From positions 12,443 through 76,442 of the forward strand of contig JAYTOU010000035.1 in the NCBI GenBank assembly GCA_043747615.1: a stretch of 64,000 bases of DNA. Reading direction: 5' to 3'. Position 1 is the stretch's first letter. Each line of letters opens with the position of its first letter. The translations under genes and the position numbers were made by a program. Positions 28,097-39,017 of this stretch are shown one piece after another. The notes under the pieces are model-generated. The model was not told where the DNA came from. It saw only the letters and a list, made by a program, of their open reading frames with translations, and made no database searches. Source of the stretch: Myxococcales bacterium. Lineage in GTDB: Bacteria; Myxococcota_A; Polyangia; Polyangiales; Polyangiaceae.

Positions 28097-28109
28097 TGAG
28101 GAATCACCG

Positions 28110-28790
28110 ATGAGAAAACTAGAAAACAAGGATCTCGAAGGCCCGGCACGGCTTGAAGACGCTCTCGACGAGCTTCCGATCTTTCCGCTCGGACAAGTGA
28201 TCCTCTACCCGCGTGCGCTTCTTCCGCTCCATATCTTCGAGAAGCGTTACCGCACGCTCATCAAGGATTGCTTGTCCACGCATCGAGCGATGGCCATCGC
28301 GCTGGTGATGGATCCGGCGAACGTGGACGCCCATGGAAACCCAGCCATCGCCCAGGTGGCCGGCGCAGGCGTCATCGTCGAGCACCAGCTCCTTCCCGAT
28401 GGACGCTACAACCTCCTCCTTCACGGAAGTGCCCGGGTTCGCCTCGAGGAGTTGCCGTTCGTTCCGCCGTACAGACGCGCACGAGCCACGATTTTACACG
28501 ACGTGCACACGCCGGTGACCGCCGACAACCGCACCGCGCTCCTCGCTGCCGCCCACGCCTTTGCAGCCGAAGTGCACAAGCGCGATCCGAATTTTTCGCT
28601 GCACCTGCCTGCTGGAATCAACGTCAACACCTTCGCCGATTTGTGTGCGCATCACCTGGTGGTCGATGTCGTTGCTCGCCAGGCGATCCTCGAAGAGCTA
28701 GACGTCGCGCAGCGCGTTGAGAGGGTGATAAGAGAGCTCGCCCACCAGCAGAGCGCTCTGCTCCGGGACTCGGGCGGCGTGCTTCATTGA
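28110..28790 (+). CDS. Stand-alone Lon N-terminal (substrate-binding) domain protein
   Basis: LPIFPL...LPLHIFEKRYR and LPDGRY motifs; no ATPase or protease domain. Confidence 0.88.
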   Translation: MRKLENKDLEGPARLEDALDELPIFPLGQVILYPRALLPLHIFEKRYRTLIKDCLSTHRAMAIALVMDPANVDAHGNPAIAQVAGAGVIVEHQLLPDGRYNLLLHGSARVRLEELPFVPPYRRARATILHDVHTPVTADNRTALLAAAHAFAAEVHKRDPNFSLHLPAGINVNTFADLCAHHLVVDVVARQAILEELDVAQRVERVIRELAHQQSALLRDSGGVLH

Positions 28791-29122
28791 AAAAATTCGT
28801 CGGGCGCGTGCCTCGTGCATCCGTTGAAAACGGCGAGCTCGTCCGGCTGACCTATCCCCCCTTCGACGTCACGGTCACCGTCGTCGACGGCGAGCCCTTC
28901 GCCATCGAAGACGCGTGCAACCACGCGGGCGCGAGCCTGGCGGAAGGCTCTTTGCGCGGCGAACGCATCGTCTGCCCGATGCACGGCTACGTATTTTCCC
29001 TCCGCAGCGGTGAGCTCCTCGCGCCGCGAGGTTTGTGCGATCGTCAGCGCACCTTCGAAGCCGTCTTCGAAGGCAACGACGTCGCCATCTACGATCACTT
29101 CAGCTTGCTGGTGACGCTCTAA
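28787..29122 (+). CDS. Rieske [2Fe-2S] ferredoxin
   Basis: CNH and CPMHG ligand motifs. Confidence 0.9.
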   Translation: MKKFVGRVPRASVENGELVRLTYPPFDVTVTVVDGEPFAIEDACNHAGASLAEGSLRGERIVCPMHGYVFSLRSGELLAPRGLCDRQRTFEAVFEGNDVAIYDHFSLLVTL

Positions 29123-29128
29123 ACGCCT

Positions 29129-32083
29129 CTACTCGAGGACGTCGACGTCGCTGGCGGGCATCGTGCGGTAGTTGTGGTCGACGTAGTCGATGACCTCGTC
29201 GAACCAGGACTCGAGCTTGGGTCCGTCGGGGCGCACCGAGTCGAGGTAGAAGGTGCCTCGGATGCACTCCGGTTTGCCGTTGGGCAGCACACGGCAGCGG
29301 CCGTCGACGTAAACCACGATGAACTTGGGGAGCCGCGTGGCGTACGAGCGCTGGCCGTCGTTCATGAAATTGTTCGTGATGAGGGCCACCGCCTCGAGAT
29401 CGCGCGGATCCTGGCCGTAGCCGTGGAGGACGAACACCACCGGGTAGCGGACGTCGCGCGTGCGATTTTCGGCGAGCGCGTAGCCGGGCGGCAGAGTGAC
29501 GGCGATGGGCCCCGTGCGGCCGGTCTTTGGGCCGGTGAAAATTTTCTCGCACCGCCCGCTTACTTCGCAGGTCGGGCCGAGCTCGTTCTGGGTGTCGCTC
29601 TCGGGATTGTTTGCCGTCGTTTCGGTGAGCGTGCGATCGGCGTCGGGCCAGCGCTGAGCGACGAAGTAGAAAGACGTCTCGAGGCGGTAAAGAAGCTGCG
29701 CCGCGGTGCCAACGTGCATTCCGTCGCCCTGCATGATTTGCAGAGGAGTGGCGTCGACGTTGCCGTAGCGAATGCTGGGAGCGTCCGGCACGTCCGCCCA
29801 GCGGATGTCGGCCGGGACGTAGTTGTTCGGCTGCTTTATGTCTTCGCCGGGGAGGTATTCGAAGTTGTTGAAGTAGGCAGTCGACTTGATCTGCCGTCCG
29901 TTTGCGCGCTTTCGACTGGCGATTGCGCCGCCCAGGTGACGCGCCACGGCGCCGAAGTTGAAGAGATCGCGCACGCCACCGTCGGTGAGAACATCGAAGC
30001 GGGTGAAGGCGTCGTCGTCGAATTTGCCGCCGGGTACGTTCGAGACCAGCTGATGAATCAAGCTGTGAGGATCGATCTCGTACCAGTTCCGGAGCCCGTC
30101 GGACTCCGTGAATTTACCGTCGAGCTCGCCGACGTCGCCGCCCACGTGCCGGCTTGCGGTGTTAATTACGCCGTCCAGCCCATAGTCCAGATAGGGCTCA
30201 CCGGCTTCGTGGCGATGATCGTTCTCGGTTCCGTCTGGATTGATCTGTGGCTCGTAGTCGTCTTGATTTGGGTCGGGATTGGTGACCGCGTCGTAGCCGG
30301 GCTCGCTCGCATCGGCGAGACCATCGACGCCCGTGTCGGTGAAGGGCTCGTGTCCGGCGACGATGACGGGCTCACCGAGATCGCGAAGGCCGTTCTTGTT
30401 CAAGTCCACGGCCATCGTGAAATCGACGGGGAACGCTTCGTCGGGCGTGGGGGGCACGAAGGTGTCGACGTAGGGGCTGACACCGTTCTGTCCGCCGTCG
30501 CAGAAGCTCACGACCTGCTTCGTTCCGTCCGGATTGAAGTTGCGGTCGAAGTAGTTGGTGGGCGCGATGTACGCGTTCGCCGGAGCGCACCTCGATGTGT
30601 TGCACTGCTTCTGGATCTTGGTTTGCTGATCGGATGCCGAATCGCGACTGATGGGATCGACCACGAAGCGGCAATCGACGCCCGCCGGCAAGTTCAGCCC
30701 GGTGGTATCGCCGTGAATCCAGGGATCGGTCGGAGCCGGCCCGGCCGCTGCGTATGCAATCTCTGGATGCGAATTTCCGCCGAACGGATTGCCGCGCATG
30801 AGCGACAAGTCGGTGAGGAGCTGGATGTACTCGCTCCGCGGAAAGTGACCGCCGTTGCCGCCGCCCTCTTGGTACCAGAAGTGATCGAAGTCCTCGGTGT
30901 GGAAGAGAGGCTCGTTCGTGGGGTATGCGTTCGGCGCGTACTTCGTGCAGCTCGGCGAGCCGGCGGGGCAGAAGCTTTGCGTCAGCAAGTTCTCGATGTT
31001 CGACAGGAGGAAGGTCCAGTCCGTCGGTCCGCCGAGAGGTGCAATCGCATCGAAGCGATTGTGGTACCGCGTGCCGAAGCTCGCCGCGCCGCCTGCTCCC
31101 ATCGAAAAACCGATCACCGCGCGGTGCGTGAGGTGGCGGGTGTGATGAATCGATCCCGCGTCGCTCGCCGCTGCGGCCTGGTAGGTGCCGAACCACGGCG
31201 ACGAGAACTTGAGGACGTAGCCATCCGAGCCCTCGGCTTTTTCGATGCGCGGATTTGCCACAGGGACGACTCGTGATCCTTTCACCATAGGCGAATGAAA
31301 GAGCACCTGCAGGTGCCGCATCCGCCCGGGCTGGGGCATCGCAGCGGGGTTCACCGGAATCGCGAAATCGATTTCACGACGAAGCGACTTGCCCATCCCG
31401 AGAGGCGCCTTGGCGACGAAAGAGACGGCGGGCCCGAGGGCGATCGGCGCACCGGGTGCTGCAGCAGTGAGATCGCTGTCGCAGCCGATTTCCGCGGGGA
31501 ACGTGGGGACGGCGGGGAGCTCTACGGTCTCGGTGAAGGCGAGCACTGGAATACTCAGCGCGGCATTCGCGAGATCTCCGGGGCCCTTGAGAATGGAATT
31601 GCTCGCACTGAGCGTCGCCGTCGCGGGCGAGCCCGGCGCGCAGGTGGGGGCGTTGCCGCTTCGCACTTCGACTGGCAACGCTGAATTCACCATCGTGCCG
31701 TCGAATGCGCGCACCATCGTAGCGGTGATGGTTGTCGTCCCAAGCGCATTGGCGGTGACGTTGAAGTCGTAGGTGGCGTGCCGGAGATCGAACGATCCGC
31801 TCATGGGCGGGGATGCGATAGCGCCGTTGGCAGTTGCGAACGTGGCCTGGGTCGGCGTGCAGACGTCGGGGTCGACGATCATTCGCACGGGACGGGTCTG
31901 CCCCGGAGCAAGGACGAGCGCCGGCGGGTCGAAGTGAACCTTCAGCGGGGCCGCGTTCTGCGCGTCGCACGTTTCGCCGGGGTTGGGCTGCGGGCCGACA
32001 GGCGCCGGAGCGGCCACGGGGTTGGAGCTGCACCCGACGACGAGGGGCGCGAGGAGAAAAATAAGCGCGGTTTTCGTATTCAA
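29129..32083 (-). CDS. Large lipoprotein with alpha/beta-hydrolase (esterase) domain in permuted order
   Basis: Lipobox VVGC; RAVIGFSMGAGGA mid-protein; YPVVFVLHGYG and EVIDYVDHNYRT at the C-terminus. Confidence 0.8.
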   Translation of the reverse strand: MNTKTALIFLLAPLVVGCSSNPVAAPAPVGPQPNPGETCDAQNAAPLKVHFDPPALVLAPGQTRPVRMIVDPDVCTPTQATFATANGAIASPPMSGSFDLRHATYDFNVTANALGTTTITATMVRAFDGTMVNSALPVEVRSGNAPTCAPGSPATATLSASNSILKGPGDLANAALSIPVLAFTETVELPAVPTFPAEIGCDSDLTAAAPGAPIALGPAVSFVAKAPLGMGKSLRREIDFAIPVNPAAMPQPGRMRHLQVLFHSPMVKGSRVVPVANPRIEKAEGSDGYVLKFSSPWFGTYQAAAASDAGSIHHTRHLTHRAVIGFSMGAGGAASFGTRYHNRFDAIAPLGGPTDWTFLLSNIENLLTQSFCPAGSPSCTKYAPNAYPTNEPLFHTEDFDHFWYQEGGGNGGHFPRSEYIQLLTDLSLMRGNPFGGNSHPEIAYAAAGPAPTDPWIHGDTTGLNLPAGVDCRFVVDPISRDSASDQQTKIQKQCNTSRCAPANAYIAPTNYFDRNFNPDGTKQVVSFCDGGQNGVSPYVDTFVPPTPDEAFPVDFTMAVDLNKNGLRDLGEPVIVAGHEPFTDTGVDGLADASEPGYDAVTNPDPNQDDYEPQINPDGTENDHRHEAGEPYLDYGLDGVINTASRHVGGDVGELDGKFTESDGLRNWYEIDPHSLIHQLVSNVPGGKFDDDAFTRFDVLTDGGVRDLFNFGAVARHLGGAIASRKRANGRQIKSTAYFNNFEYLPGEDIKQPNNYVPADIRWADVPDAPSIRYGNVDATPLQIMQGDGMHVGTAAQLLYRLETSFYFVAQRWPDADRTLTETTANNPESDTQNELGPTCEVSGRCEKIFTGPKTGRTGPIAVTLPPGYALAENRTRDVRYPVVFVLHGYGQDPRDLEAVALITNNFMNDGQRSYATRLPKFIVVYVDGRCRVLPNGKPECIRGTFYLDSVRPDGPKLESWFDEVIDYVDHNYRTMPASDVDVLE

Positions 32084-32241
32084 AGCGACGGCAGAATAGA
32101 CCAATCGCCGAACCAAAGATCCGGGAACGCTCAAAAAAAGTACCTGCGCAGAGGGACCGGGGGGGCAGCCACACTCCGCGCAGGCAAGACAACGTAGTGC
32201 AGCGACCGTGCCGTCGCTCCGATGAGACGCGAACGCTCGAA

Positions 32242-35200
32242 TTAGCGGCGAACGCACCGCAAGGGAAAGCGCGCATGAGCGGCGAACACGGAGACGTCGA
32301 TGCTAAGCGCCTCACCGCGTGGCGGATTGCCACGAAGTTCCCGGGCGAGCCCTTCACTACCTCCGTCGACCGCTGCTGAGATTCGCTCGACGCACATCCG
32401 ATCGGCTGAAATGCGGGCGCGGACGATCGCGCGCTCGAGGGTCTGCTTCGTGGGCGAGGCTGCAGTGATCACGGTCGCGTGCGTCCACGGGAGATCGATG
32501 ACCCAGCCCGCCTCGTCTCCGCTGCAGAGGGAAATCGTCTCGCGATCTTCGAAGTCGACGGCGCCGAGCGGCTCGGGCTCCCCCATCGCTCCCGATTCCA
32601 TGTCGACCGGTAGGAGCCAACGCAGCGCCGCGCTCGGGCGTTCGGGAGCGGCCTGACCTTCCACCACCACACCGATTGCGCGTGCGTCGGACCGCCGTGC
32701 GAGGCGCACCGGAGCGGGCTTTGCGTTGTCGGCTGCGACCCGCGGAATGCGCGCGAGCTCGCGGGCGTGGCCACCCTCGATCGTCCACACCACCGACGTG
32801 GCTTGGTCTCCGCTCGCGCTCGGACCGGCGGCGTACCAGTGCCCGCCGAGGCGCACGGCGGACTCGATCTCCGTGAAGGGCTCGCCGTCGAGGCGATGAA
32901 TTTCGGTCGGTGTGCGATCAGCTTCGAGCTCGAAGAGGATCGTCTCGTCGGGGCCCGAGCGCTTCGCGGACAGGAGCGCGTGACGCGCGTCGTCGCCAGG
33001 CTCGAGCTTCCACGCGGTGATGTTGCGGGTGACGCCAAGCGGTCCGAAACGGGAGGATTCGACGACCGGCCTCGGAGCGGCGATCGGGAGCGACGAGAAC
33101 ACCTCCTGAGAGCTGCCGAACGGCCACACCCAGCGCGTCATCCACTTGCTCGAGTGCTCCCAATCCGGGCCTTTCGTCCCCCACGCGAACACGCGCACGA
33201 GAGGGCCCGAGCTCCGCACGCCGAGGGCATCTTCGAATTTGCCGGCCCACTCCGTGCTCGCGCCCAGCTCATCGGCGCGAAGGGGCGGAGCTCCGGCGGC
33301 ATAGAGCGGCTGCCAGTCCGAGGTCATCATGGTGTGAAGCCCGACGGGATGGCCCCACATGATTTGCTCGGACGGACGCTCGACGACCGCGATGGTCGCC
33401 GCTGACGTCGCGGGCGGCGGACCGCCGAGAGGCTCACAAGCGAGCTCGAATGGCGGGCGCCGCGGTTGTCTCACGTCCGACGGTCTCACGGGCTCGTCGT
33501 GGGGGAATATCTTCGGCGCTCCCCAACCGACGCGCAGCCACCCAGCGTTCATACATCCGACGGGCCCGCACGCGCGCGTCGTCGTCAGTCGCAGATTGCC
33601 GGTCGGCTCGGGCACGTCGACGTCCGTCCACGTCATGCCGCCGTCGATCGTCTCGTACCCGCGCTTCGACGCGGCCCACCCGAGGCCGTATCGTCCGGAG
33701 ACGACCGTCGCCCCGGCGTCACGCACGAACTTTCCGACCGTCGCGCGTCCGCTCACGTCGATGCTGAGGCCGAGCATCGTGCCCCCTGCTTCGACCCATC
33801 CCGAGAGCGTACCCGGGATGCGCTCTTCGAACCCTTCGAGCCAGATGCCCGCCTTGAGGACACGCTCCGCCTCGGGGCTGACGGAAAATGCGATCGCGCG
33901 CGTCGTCGCTTTTCCCTTGTCGTCGAGGATCGTCAGGCGCGCGGTCGAGAGATCGCCGCGGGGAGGAGAGAGGACCGCCAGACTGCCGTCGCCGAGCAAG
34001 GTCACCCGCTCTGCGCCGACTTCTCCTTGGAGACGAACCTCGCGAAAGCCCGCTGCGCCTCTCGCTACGGCATCCCGCGGGAGCAAGCAGTAGCTCTGTT
34101 GTCCTTGTTGGGCGTCATCGGACGGAGCTTCGTCGGCGCAACCGCCGCGCACCACGATTGCCCCGTTTCCTCCGGCCATCACGACGCGCGGCTGGCCGAA
34201 GCCTTTGAGCTCCACGAGGCGTCCGTGCTGTGAATCAAAGGTGTATAATACAGTCTTTCCGCGCGGCGCACCGCAGACGAATCCGAACGCCGGTGCGCGC
34301 CCGATCGGCACGGGATGGCAGCGCGCAGGCTTCATGGCAAAAGCGTCTGGGGCGACGTCGATGAGCGCTCCATCGGCGAGGCGCACGCGTGCGAGCGACC
34401 CGTCTCGGGCTACGACCGCCGTACCATCGGCGAGAGGCCAACCGTCCTCGATGGCAGCAGTGAGCGGCCTCTTCCCAAAAGATTTCGTCACGGGATCGAG
34501 GCTCGCAACGTGCTCGTTCGCCACCGGCTTCGGGAGCGCACCCAAGCGCGCGACCTGCCCATCGCGCCTCACCTCGTACCAGGCGAGCGTGCGCGTGTTG
34601 TCGACGACTCCGCCCACCGCGAGCGAATCCCCCAGCGAGGTGATCTTCTTCGGGTTCATCGGTAAAGGAAGCGGTTTCCAGGTGGCCCCGGCATCGTCGG
34701 TGGTGACCACTCCGCGCAGATCGGTGATGGCGATCGCGTGCCAACCATCGAGCGCCGCATACGCGCCGACGTACGGGGAGGCCGGCCACGTTCCGCGATC
34801 GAGGACGGCACCGGTGCGCGGATCGATGGCCCGCGCAGCACCGCTCGGTCCTCGCAGGTAGATGCGATCGAGGCCCACGACGATCTCGCTGATCGGCGTG
34901 CTCGAGCCGAAGAGCGGAGCCGCGCGCGACAACCAACGTTCGGCACGCCACACCACCGCGTTCCCCGGCGCGGCGATCACGAAGAGGAAACCGCCACCCA
35001 GACGATCCGGAAGTCCGATCGTGATGCTCGGGGGCTGCGGCAACCTGTCTTCCGCCGCGAGCACCGCGCCGTTCGCCAAGCTGACCACGCGCACACCGGA
35101 CGCGACGCCGCGCACTCCGCCGCCTGGCTCGAGACCGAAGGTTTTCTCGTCGTCGATCAGCTCGGGAAGGAGGCGCGCCCCGAAGACGGTGGGATCGGCC

Positions 35201-35343
35201 AGCGGCACGACTCCAAGGCTGTGGAGATTTCCTTTGGCTTCGAGGGCGAGCGGGAGCTCTGCGTGCCCGCATCCCATCGCCTCCAGTAACGCCGCTGACA
35301 TCGCGAGGCCACCCACGAGCACTCGCGTTCGCCTCACGCTCAT
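32242..35343 (-). CDS. Large lipoprotein with BNR/Asp-box beta-propeller-like repeats
   Basis: Lipobox [12 protein letters not shown] and [12 protein letters not shown] overlap with pdxH stop. Confidence 0.75.
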   Translation of the reverse strand: MSVRRTRVLVGGLAMSAALLEAMGCGHAELPLALEAKGNLHSLGVVPLADPTVFGARLLPELIDDEKTFGLEPGGGVRGVASGVRVVSLANGAVLAAEDRLPQPPSITIGLPDRLGGGFLFVIAAPGNAVVWRAERWLSRAAPLFGSSTPISEIVVGLDRIYLRGPSGAARAIDPRTGAVLDRGTWPASPYVGAYAALDGWHAIAITDLRGVVTTDDAGATWKPLPLPMNPKKITSLGDSLAVGGVVDNTRTLAWYEVRRDGQVARLGALPKPVANEHVASLDPVTKSFGKRPLTAAIEDGWPLADGTAVVARDGSLARVRLADGALIDVAPDAFAMKPARCHPVPIGRAPAFGFVCGAPRGKTVLYTFDSQHGRLVELKGFGQPRVVMAGGNGAIVVRGGCADEAPSDDAQQGQQSYCLLPRDAVARGAAGFREVRLQGEVGAERVTLLGDGSLAVLSPPRGDLSTARLTILDDKGKATTRAIAFSVSPEAERVLKAGIWLEGFEERIPGTLSGWVEAGGTMLGLSIDVSGRATVGKFVRDAGATVVSGRYGLGWAASKRGYETIDGGMTWTDVDVPEPTGNLRLTTTRACGPVGCMNAGWLRVGWGAPKIFPHDEPVRPSDVRQPRRPPFELACEPLGGPPPATSAATIAVVERPSEQIMWGHPVGLHTMMTSDWQPLYAAGAPPLRADELGASTEWAGKFEDALGVRSSGPLVRVFAWGTKGPDWEHSSKWMTRWVWPFGSSQEVFSSLPIAAPRPVVESSRFGPLGVTRNITAWKLEPGDDARHALLSAKRSGPDETILFELEADRTPTEIHRLDGEPFTEIESAVRLGGHWYAAGPSASGDQATSVVWTIEGGHARELARIPRVAADNAKPAPVRLARRSDARAIGVVVEGQAAPERPSAALRWLLPVDMESGAMGEPEPLGAVDFEDRETISLCSGDEAGWVIDLPWTHATVITAASPTKQTLERAIVRARISADRMCVERISAAVDGGSEGLARELRGNPPRGEALSIDVSVFAAHARFPLRCVRR

Positions 35344-35999
35344 GGAGACAGTCGAGCGCGCGTCCATGTTCCGTCGGCCCGTCTGGAATAGAGAAGCCTG
35401 TCGTGGAGGCGGCTCGAGCGGCCTTGCCAGAATTCGATGCGGAGCGGCGCGACGCGGTAGCCGCCCCAGAACGGCGGCAGAGGAATTTCGCTCGTTTCCC
35501 CGTATGTTCGGTGGAGCGCCGCGATCTCTTCCTCGAGCACCTCACGCGACGCAATCACCTCGCTTTGACGCGAGGCAAGCGCGCCGAGTTGGCTCCCGCG
35601 CGGCCGGCTGTGAAAATACCGTTCCGACTCTTCGGCCGTCACCTTGGTGACGCTCCCCTGAATGCGCACCTGTCGCTCGAGGGGCTGCCAAAAGAAACAC
35701 AGCGCGGCCCGTGGGTTCTCCGCGAGCTGCCGCCCTTTCTCGCTGTCGTAGTTCGTGAAAAAAACGAACCCGCTCTCGTCGAAGCCCTTCAGAAGAACGA
35801 TGCGAGCCGACGGCTCCGCGTCTTTGCTTGCGGTGGCGAGGGTCATGGCATTCGGCTCCCGCACCTCGGCGGCGATGGCCTGATCGAACCACGCTCGAAA
35901 CAAAGCGATTGGGTCGGCGGAGGCGCCGTCCTCGGTTAGCCCGGCCCTCACGTACTCCGTGCGGAGCGCTGCCAGCTCGATGGGAAGAAGAGGGGGCAT
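35340..35999 (-). CDS. pdxH: Pyridoxamine 5'-phosphate oxidase
   Basis: [30 protein letters not shown] and RLSP motifs. Confidence 0.97.
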   Translation of the reverse strand: MPPLLPIELAALRTEYVRAGLTEDGASADPIALFRAWFDQAIAAEVREPNAMTLATASKDAEPSARIVLLKGFDESGFVFFTNYDSEKGRQLAENPRAALCFFWQPLERQVRIQGSVTKVTAEESERYFHSRPRGSQLGALASRQSEVIASREVLEEEIAALHRTYGETSEIPLPPFWGGYRVAPLRIEFWQGRSSRLHDRLLYSRRADGTWTRARLSP

Positions 36000-36038
36000 T
36001 TTTGAACTTCTCCCTCCTAGTATGTCATATCGAGACCC

Positions 36039-37073
36039 ATGGTTGAGAGCTCCCCCGCTGCCTCGTTCGGAACACGTCGGTTTACCGTAGCGGTCGTTGG
36101 CGCCACGGGCGCGGTAGGCCGGGAAATGCTGCGCACGCTAGAGGCGCGCAATTTCCCGGTTAAAAAGCTCGTGGCGCTCGCCAGCGCACGAAGCGCCGGG
36201 GGAAAGCTTCCGTTCGCAGGAGGTGAGGTCACCATCGACGAGCTCGGCCCTTCGTCGTTCATCGGGGTCGATCTCGCCCTCTTCAGCGCGGGCGCGAGCG
36301 TGGCCCGCGAGTACGGCCCGATCGCCGCTGCCGCAGGGGCCGTGGTCATCGACAACTCGAGCGCGTGGCGGATGGACGACGGCTGTCCCCTCGTCGTTCC
36401 GGAGGTGAACATCGCTGCCGCAAGGAACCGGCCGAAGGGGATCATCGCCAATCCGAACTGCTCGACGATTCAAATGGTGGTCGCCTTGAAGCCGCTGCAC
36501 GACGCTGCGCGCATCAAGCACATCGTCGTCTCCACCTACCAATCGACGAGCGGCAAGGGGCACAACGCGGTCACCGAGCTGCAGACCCAGGCGCGCGCGT
36601 TCCTCGCCGGTGAGGCCGTGGAAGCAAAAGTGTTCCCTGGGCCCATCGCCTTCAACGTGCTCTCCGACTGGAAGGCGGGCGCGTCCGACTACTCCGAAGA
36701 GGAGTGGAAGATGGTTCACGAGACGCAGAAAATCATGGGCGATCCGTCGATCGGCGTTTCTCCGACCACCGCGCGTGTGCCCGTCATCAATGGTCACTGC
36801 GAGTCGATTCACGTCGTCTTTCATCGCCCGATGGACGCCGAAGAAGCGAAGGCGCTCCTGCGAAAGGCCGAAGGCGTAGTCCTCGTCGAAGGGCCGTACG
36901 CGCCAGGGAATCACCCGCAGCCGATCGCCGCATCGGGGACGGATCCGGTCTACGTTGGTCGGGTGCGGAATGATCTCGCCGTGCCCGGCGCGCTCTCACT
37001 CTGGGTGGTGAGCGACAATCTCCGGAAGGGCGCCGCGCTCAACGCCGTGCAGATCGCGGAGCGCGTGCTCTAG
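36039..37073 (+). CDS. asd: Aspartate-semialdehyde dehydrogenase
   Basis: [23 protein letters not shown] and [16 protein letters not shown] motifs. Confidence 0.97.
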   Translation: MVESSPAASFGTRRFTVAVVGATGAVGREMLRTLEARNFPVKKLVALASARSAGGKLPFAGGEVTIDELGPSSFIGVDLALFSAGASVAREYGPIAAAAGAVVIDNSSAWRMDDGCPLVVPEVNIAAARNRPKGIIANPNCSTIQMVVALKPLHDAARIKHIVVSTYQSTSGKGHNAVTELQTQARAFLAGEAVEAKVFPGPIAFNVLSDWKAGASDYSEEEWKMVHETQKIMGDPSIGVSPTTARVPVINGHCESIHVVFHRPMDAEEAKALLRKAEGVVLVEGPYAPGNHPQPIAASGTDPVYVGRVRNDLAVPGALSLWVVSDNLRKGAALNAVQIAERVL

Positions 37074-38185
37074 GACTCTGCGCTTCGGCGTCGTCGCCGC
37101 GCAACGAACGCGATCACGATCCCCATCATCGAGCCCAGGCCGAGCGGCCTCGCCGCCGAAGGAGCCGCGCGGCAGCCGCACCCGCCAGAGAAATCAGCCT
37201 CCGCCGGTCGCAGCCCAGGACCACCATCTGCTCCGGGCATCATCGGATGGGGCGGTCCACCGTCGGGGAGCACCGGCCCAGCGTCGGGGCCGATGGTCAT
37301 TCCGCACGAGGAAATATGGGTCGCGCGCGTCTGCGTGCAGCTCGTCGGTGACGCACAGCTTGGCTCGGGGAGCGCGGGCGGCGAGCCCGTTCCACCGATG
37401 TCGCCGCGATTTGGATACGCGGGCGCGAGCGCCGGCCAGTGCCCCGCGGGCGGATGCTCCATCCAGCCGAACACCCGCTCCTGGTAGGTGTAGCTGCCGC
37501 CAACGTTTGGATCGTAGGGGCCGCGACCCGCCGTGAGGTTCGGGTTGTTCGGATTGTTGGAATAGGCAAGTCCGTTGTAGGCCCACACCGCCGTGTACCA
37601 ATCTTCTACGAGGTCGGGATTGTTGTCCCCGACGCAGCTCGTGGCCATCCATTTGTCGCGGAGTATGAGCGTGCCGGTTGCCAGGTTGTAGGTAGGGTCG
37701 GAAGCAACGCGGGCGCGATCGAAGCTCGGCGTCTCGCCTACGTGCATGCCGGTCGTGACCTGGCCCACGCCGTAGCCGCAATCGAAGGCCACGATCGTTC
37801 GCTCGGGTTTCCCCACCTCGCTCGCCGGATTGTCGGGGACGCAGAACTGCCGCCAGCCGCTCTCTTGCATCGCGATCGCCTGAAGCACGTGACACGGAAA
37901 ATGCGACGGCACGACGTGGGTGACGAGAGGCTTTCCGCAGCCCGCGCCCATGGTGCCGATGGCGGGCCCGTCGGTGCCCCACGAGGCTTGCCCCGGAGCG
38001 ACTTTCGCGAAAATCGTTTTCCACGCCTCTACGCTCGGGTTGCTTCCGGGCACGGGAGCGACGCCGCACATCTGTCCGCTCGCAGTGCCACCGGGGGTAT
38101 AGCTCGGGCAGAAAGCGTGCGCGCTCGCCGTCGTCGCGAAAGCGAAGAAGAGGACGATCCCCTGAGAAAATCGAGCTTTTCTCAT
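37070..38185 (-). CDS. SLT-family lytic transglycosylase with MYXO-CTERM anchor
   Basis: AIAMQESG, GVGQV and AYNG motifs; GCGC...hydrophobic...RRRRR tail; signal peptide. Confidence 0.85.
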   Translation of the reverse strand: MRKARFSQGIVLFFAFATTASAHAFCPSYTPGGTASGQMCGVAPVPGSNPSVEAWKTIFAKVAPGQASWGTDGPAIGTMGAGCGKPLVTHVVPSHFPCHVLQAIAMQESGWRQFCVPDNPASEVGKPERTIVAFDCGYGVGQVTTGMHVGETPSFDRARVASDPTYNLATGTLILRDKWMATSCVGDNNPDLVEDWYTAVWAYNGLAYSNNPNNPNLTAGRGPYDPNVGGSYTYQERVFGWMEHPPAGHWPALAPAYPNRGDIGGTGSPPALPEPSCASPTSCTQTRATHISSCGMTIGPDAGPVLPDGGPPHPMMPGADGGPGLRPAEADFSGGCGCRAAPSAARPLGLGSMMGIVIAFVARRRRRSAES

Positions 38186-39015
38186 CGTGGTCCGCTGAGC
38201 GACGTGCTCGTCTCGCGCCCCGCGAGCGTCGGCGTTTCGTCGCGCGCGCTCGTCAGTCGAACCCGGGCACCGGTCGCGAGATCGATGCGATCGATGACCC
38301 ACACATGCGAGTCGTGCTCGTCGCGGTTGGACATCACGAGCGCGGCGCGCTGCTCGTCGATAGAAAAATCACCAGCGAACGGCAGGACCGTGGTGACGAG
38401 GCGCGACTTGCCGGAGAGGCGATCAATGGCCACGAGATCGGCCCCTTCGAACGCGACGCGGTAGACAATAAGCTCGCCCGCGAGCTCTCCGGCGAGGTGG
38501 AGAGTGTATCCCGTCCACGTGTAGAGCGTGCGTGCGGCGCCGGTGAGCGGGTCGATGGCGTCGATGTGGAGTGGGTCCGTGCGCAAGCGTCCGTTCGCTG
38601 CTTCTTCTCGCGAAGGCCACGCGCCGCTTGCTCCGCGCTCGACGTAGATCGCGCCGTCGGTGGACGCGAGCGGTCGACTAGCGTGATAGAGACCGATCGC
38701 CAATAAGGCTATTTTTCCCGAGTCGTCGACGCGATAGAGCGACGAGCGCCAATCCGACGAAGGCCCTTCGCTGTCGGCCGCGACCACCGCCGAGCGACCG
38801 CCCGGGAGCACGTCGCCGCGCACGACCGCATCTCGTGCTTGCGGCACGCGGGCAATGGCCGCCTCGAGCGCAGCGCTCACCTTGGACCCACTCGCCGGCG
38901 AGACCTGCGCCGCGTGTCGGTTGGTTTGGGCGACGGCAGGCTGCTCGCCGCGCGCGCCAAAGACCGCGTAACCGAGGGCGGCCAGCGCCAACATCCCGAT
39001 GACTCGCTTGCGCAT
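38182..39015 (-). CDS. Exported beta-rich (propeller-like) protein
   Basis: Signal peptide MRKRVIGMLALAALG; coupled to its neighbours. Confidence 0.7.
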   Translation of the reverse strand: MRKRVIGMLALAALGYAVFGARGEQPAVAQTNRHAAQVSPASGSKVSAALEAAIARVPQARDAVVRGDVLPGGRSAVVAADSEGPSSDWRSSLYRVDDSGKIALLAIGLYHASRPLASTDGAIYVERGASGAWPSREEAANGRLRTDPLHIDAIDPLTGAARTLYTWTGYTLHLAGELAGELIVYRVAFEGADLVAIDRLSGKSRLVTTVLPFAGDFSIDEQRAALVMSNRDEHDSHVWVIDRIDLATGARVRLTSARDETPTLAGRETSTSLSGPR

Positions 39016-39017
39016 GC

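Noticed and set aside
29174..31276. Long antisense or alternate-frame ORFs (e.g. 29174-31276 +, 61518-63203 +, 24621-26273 -, 40250-41812 +)
   Set aside because: They are shadow ORFs of real genes, expected in high-GC DNA, and carry no recognisable motifs.
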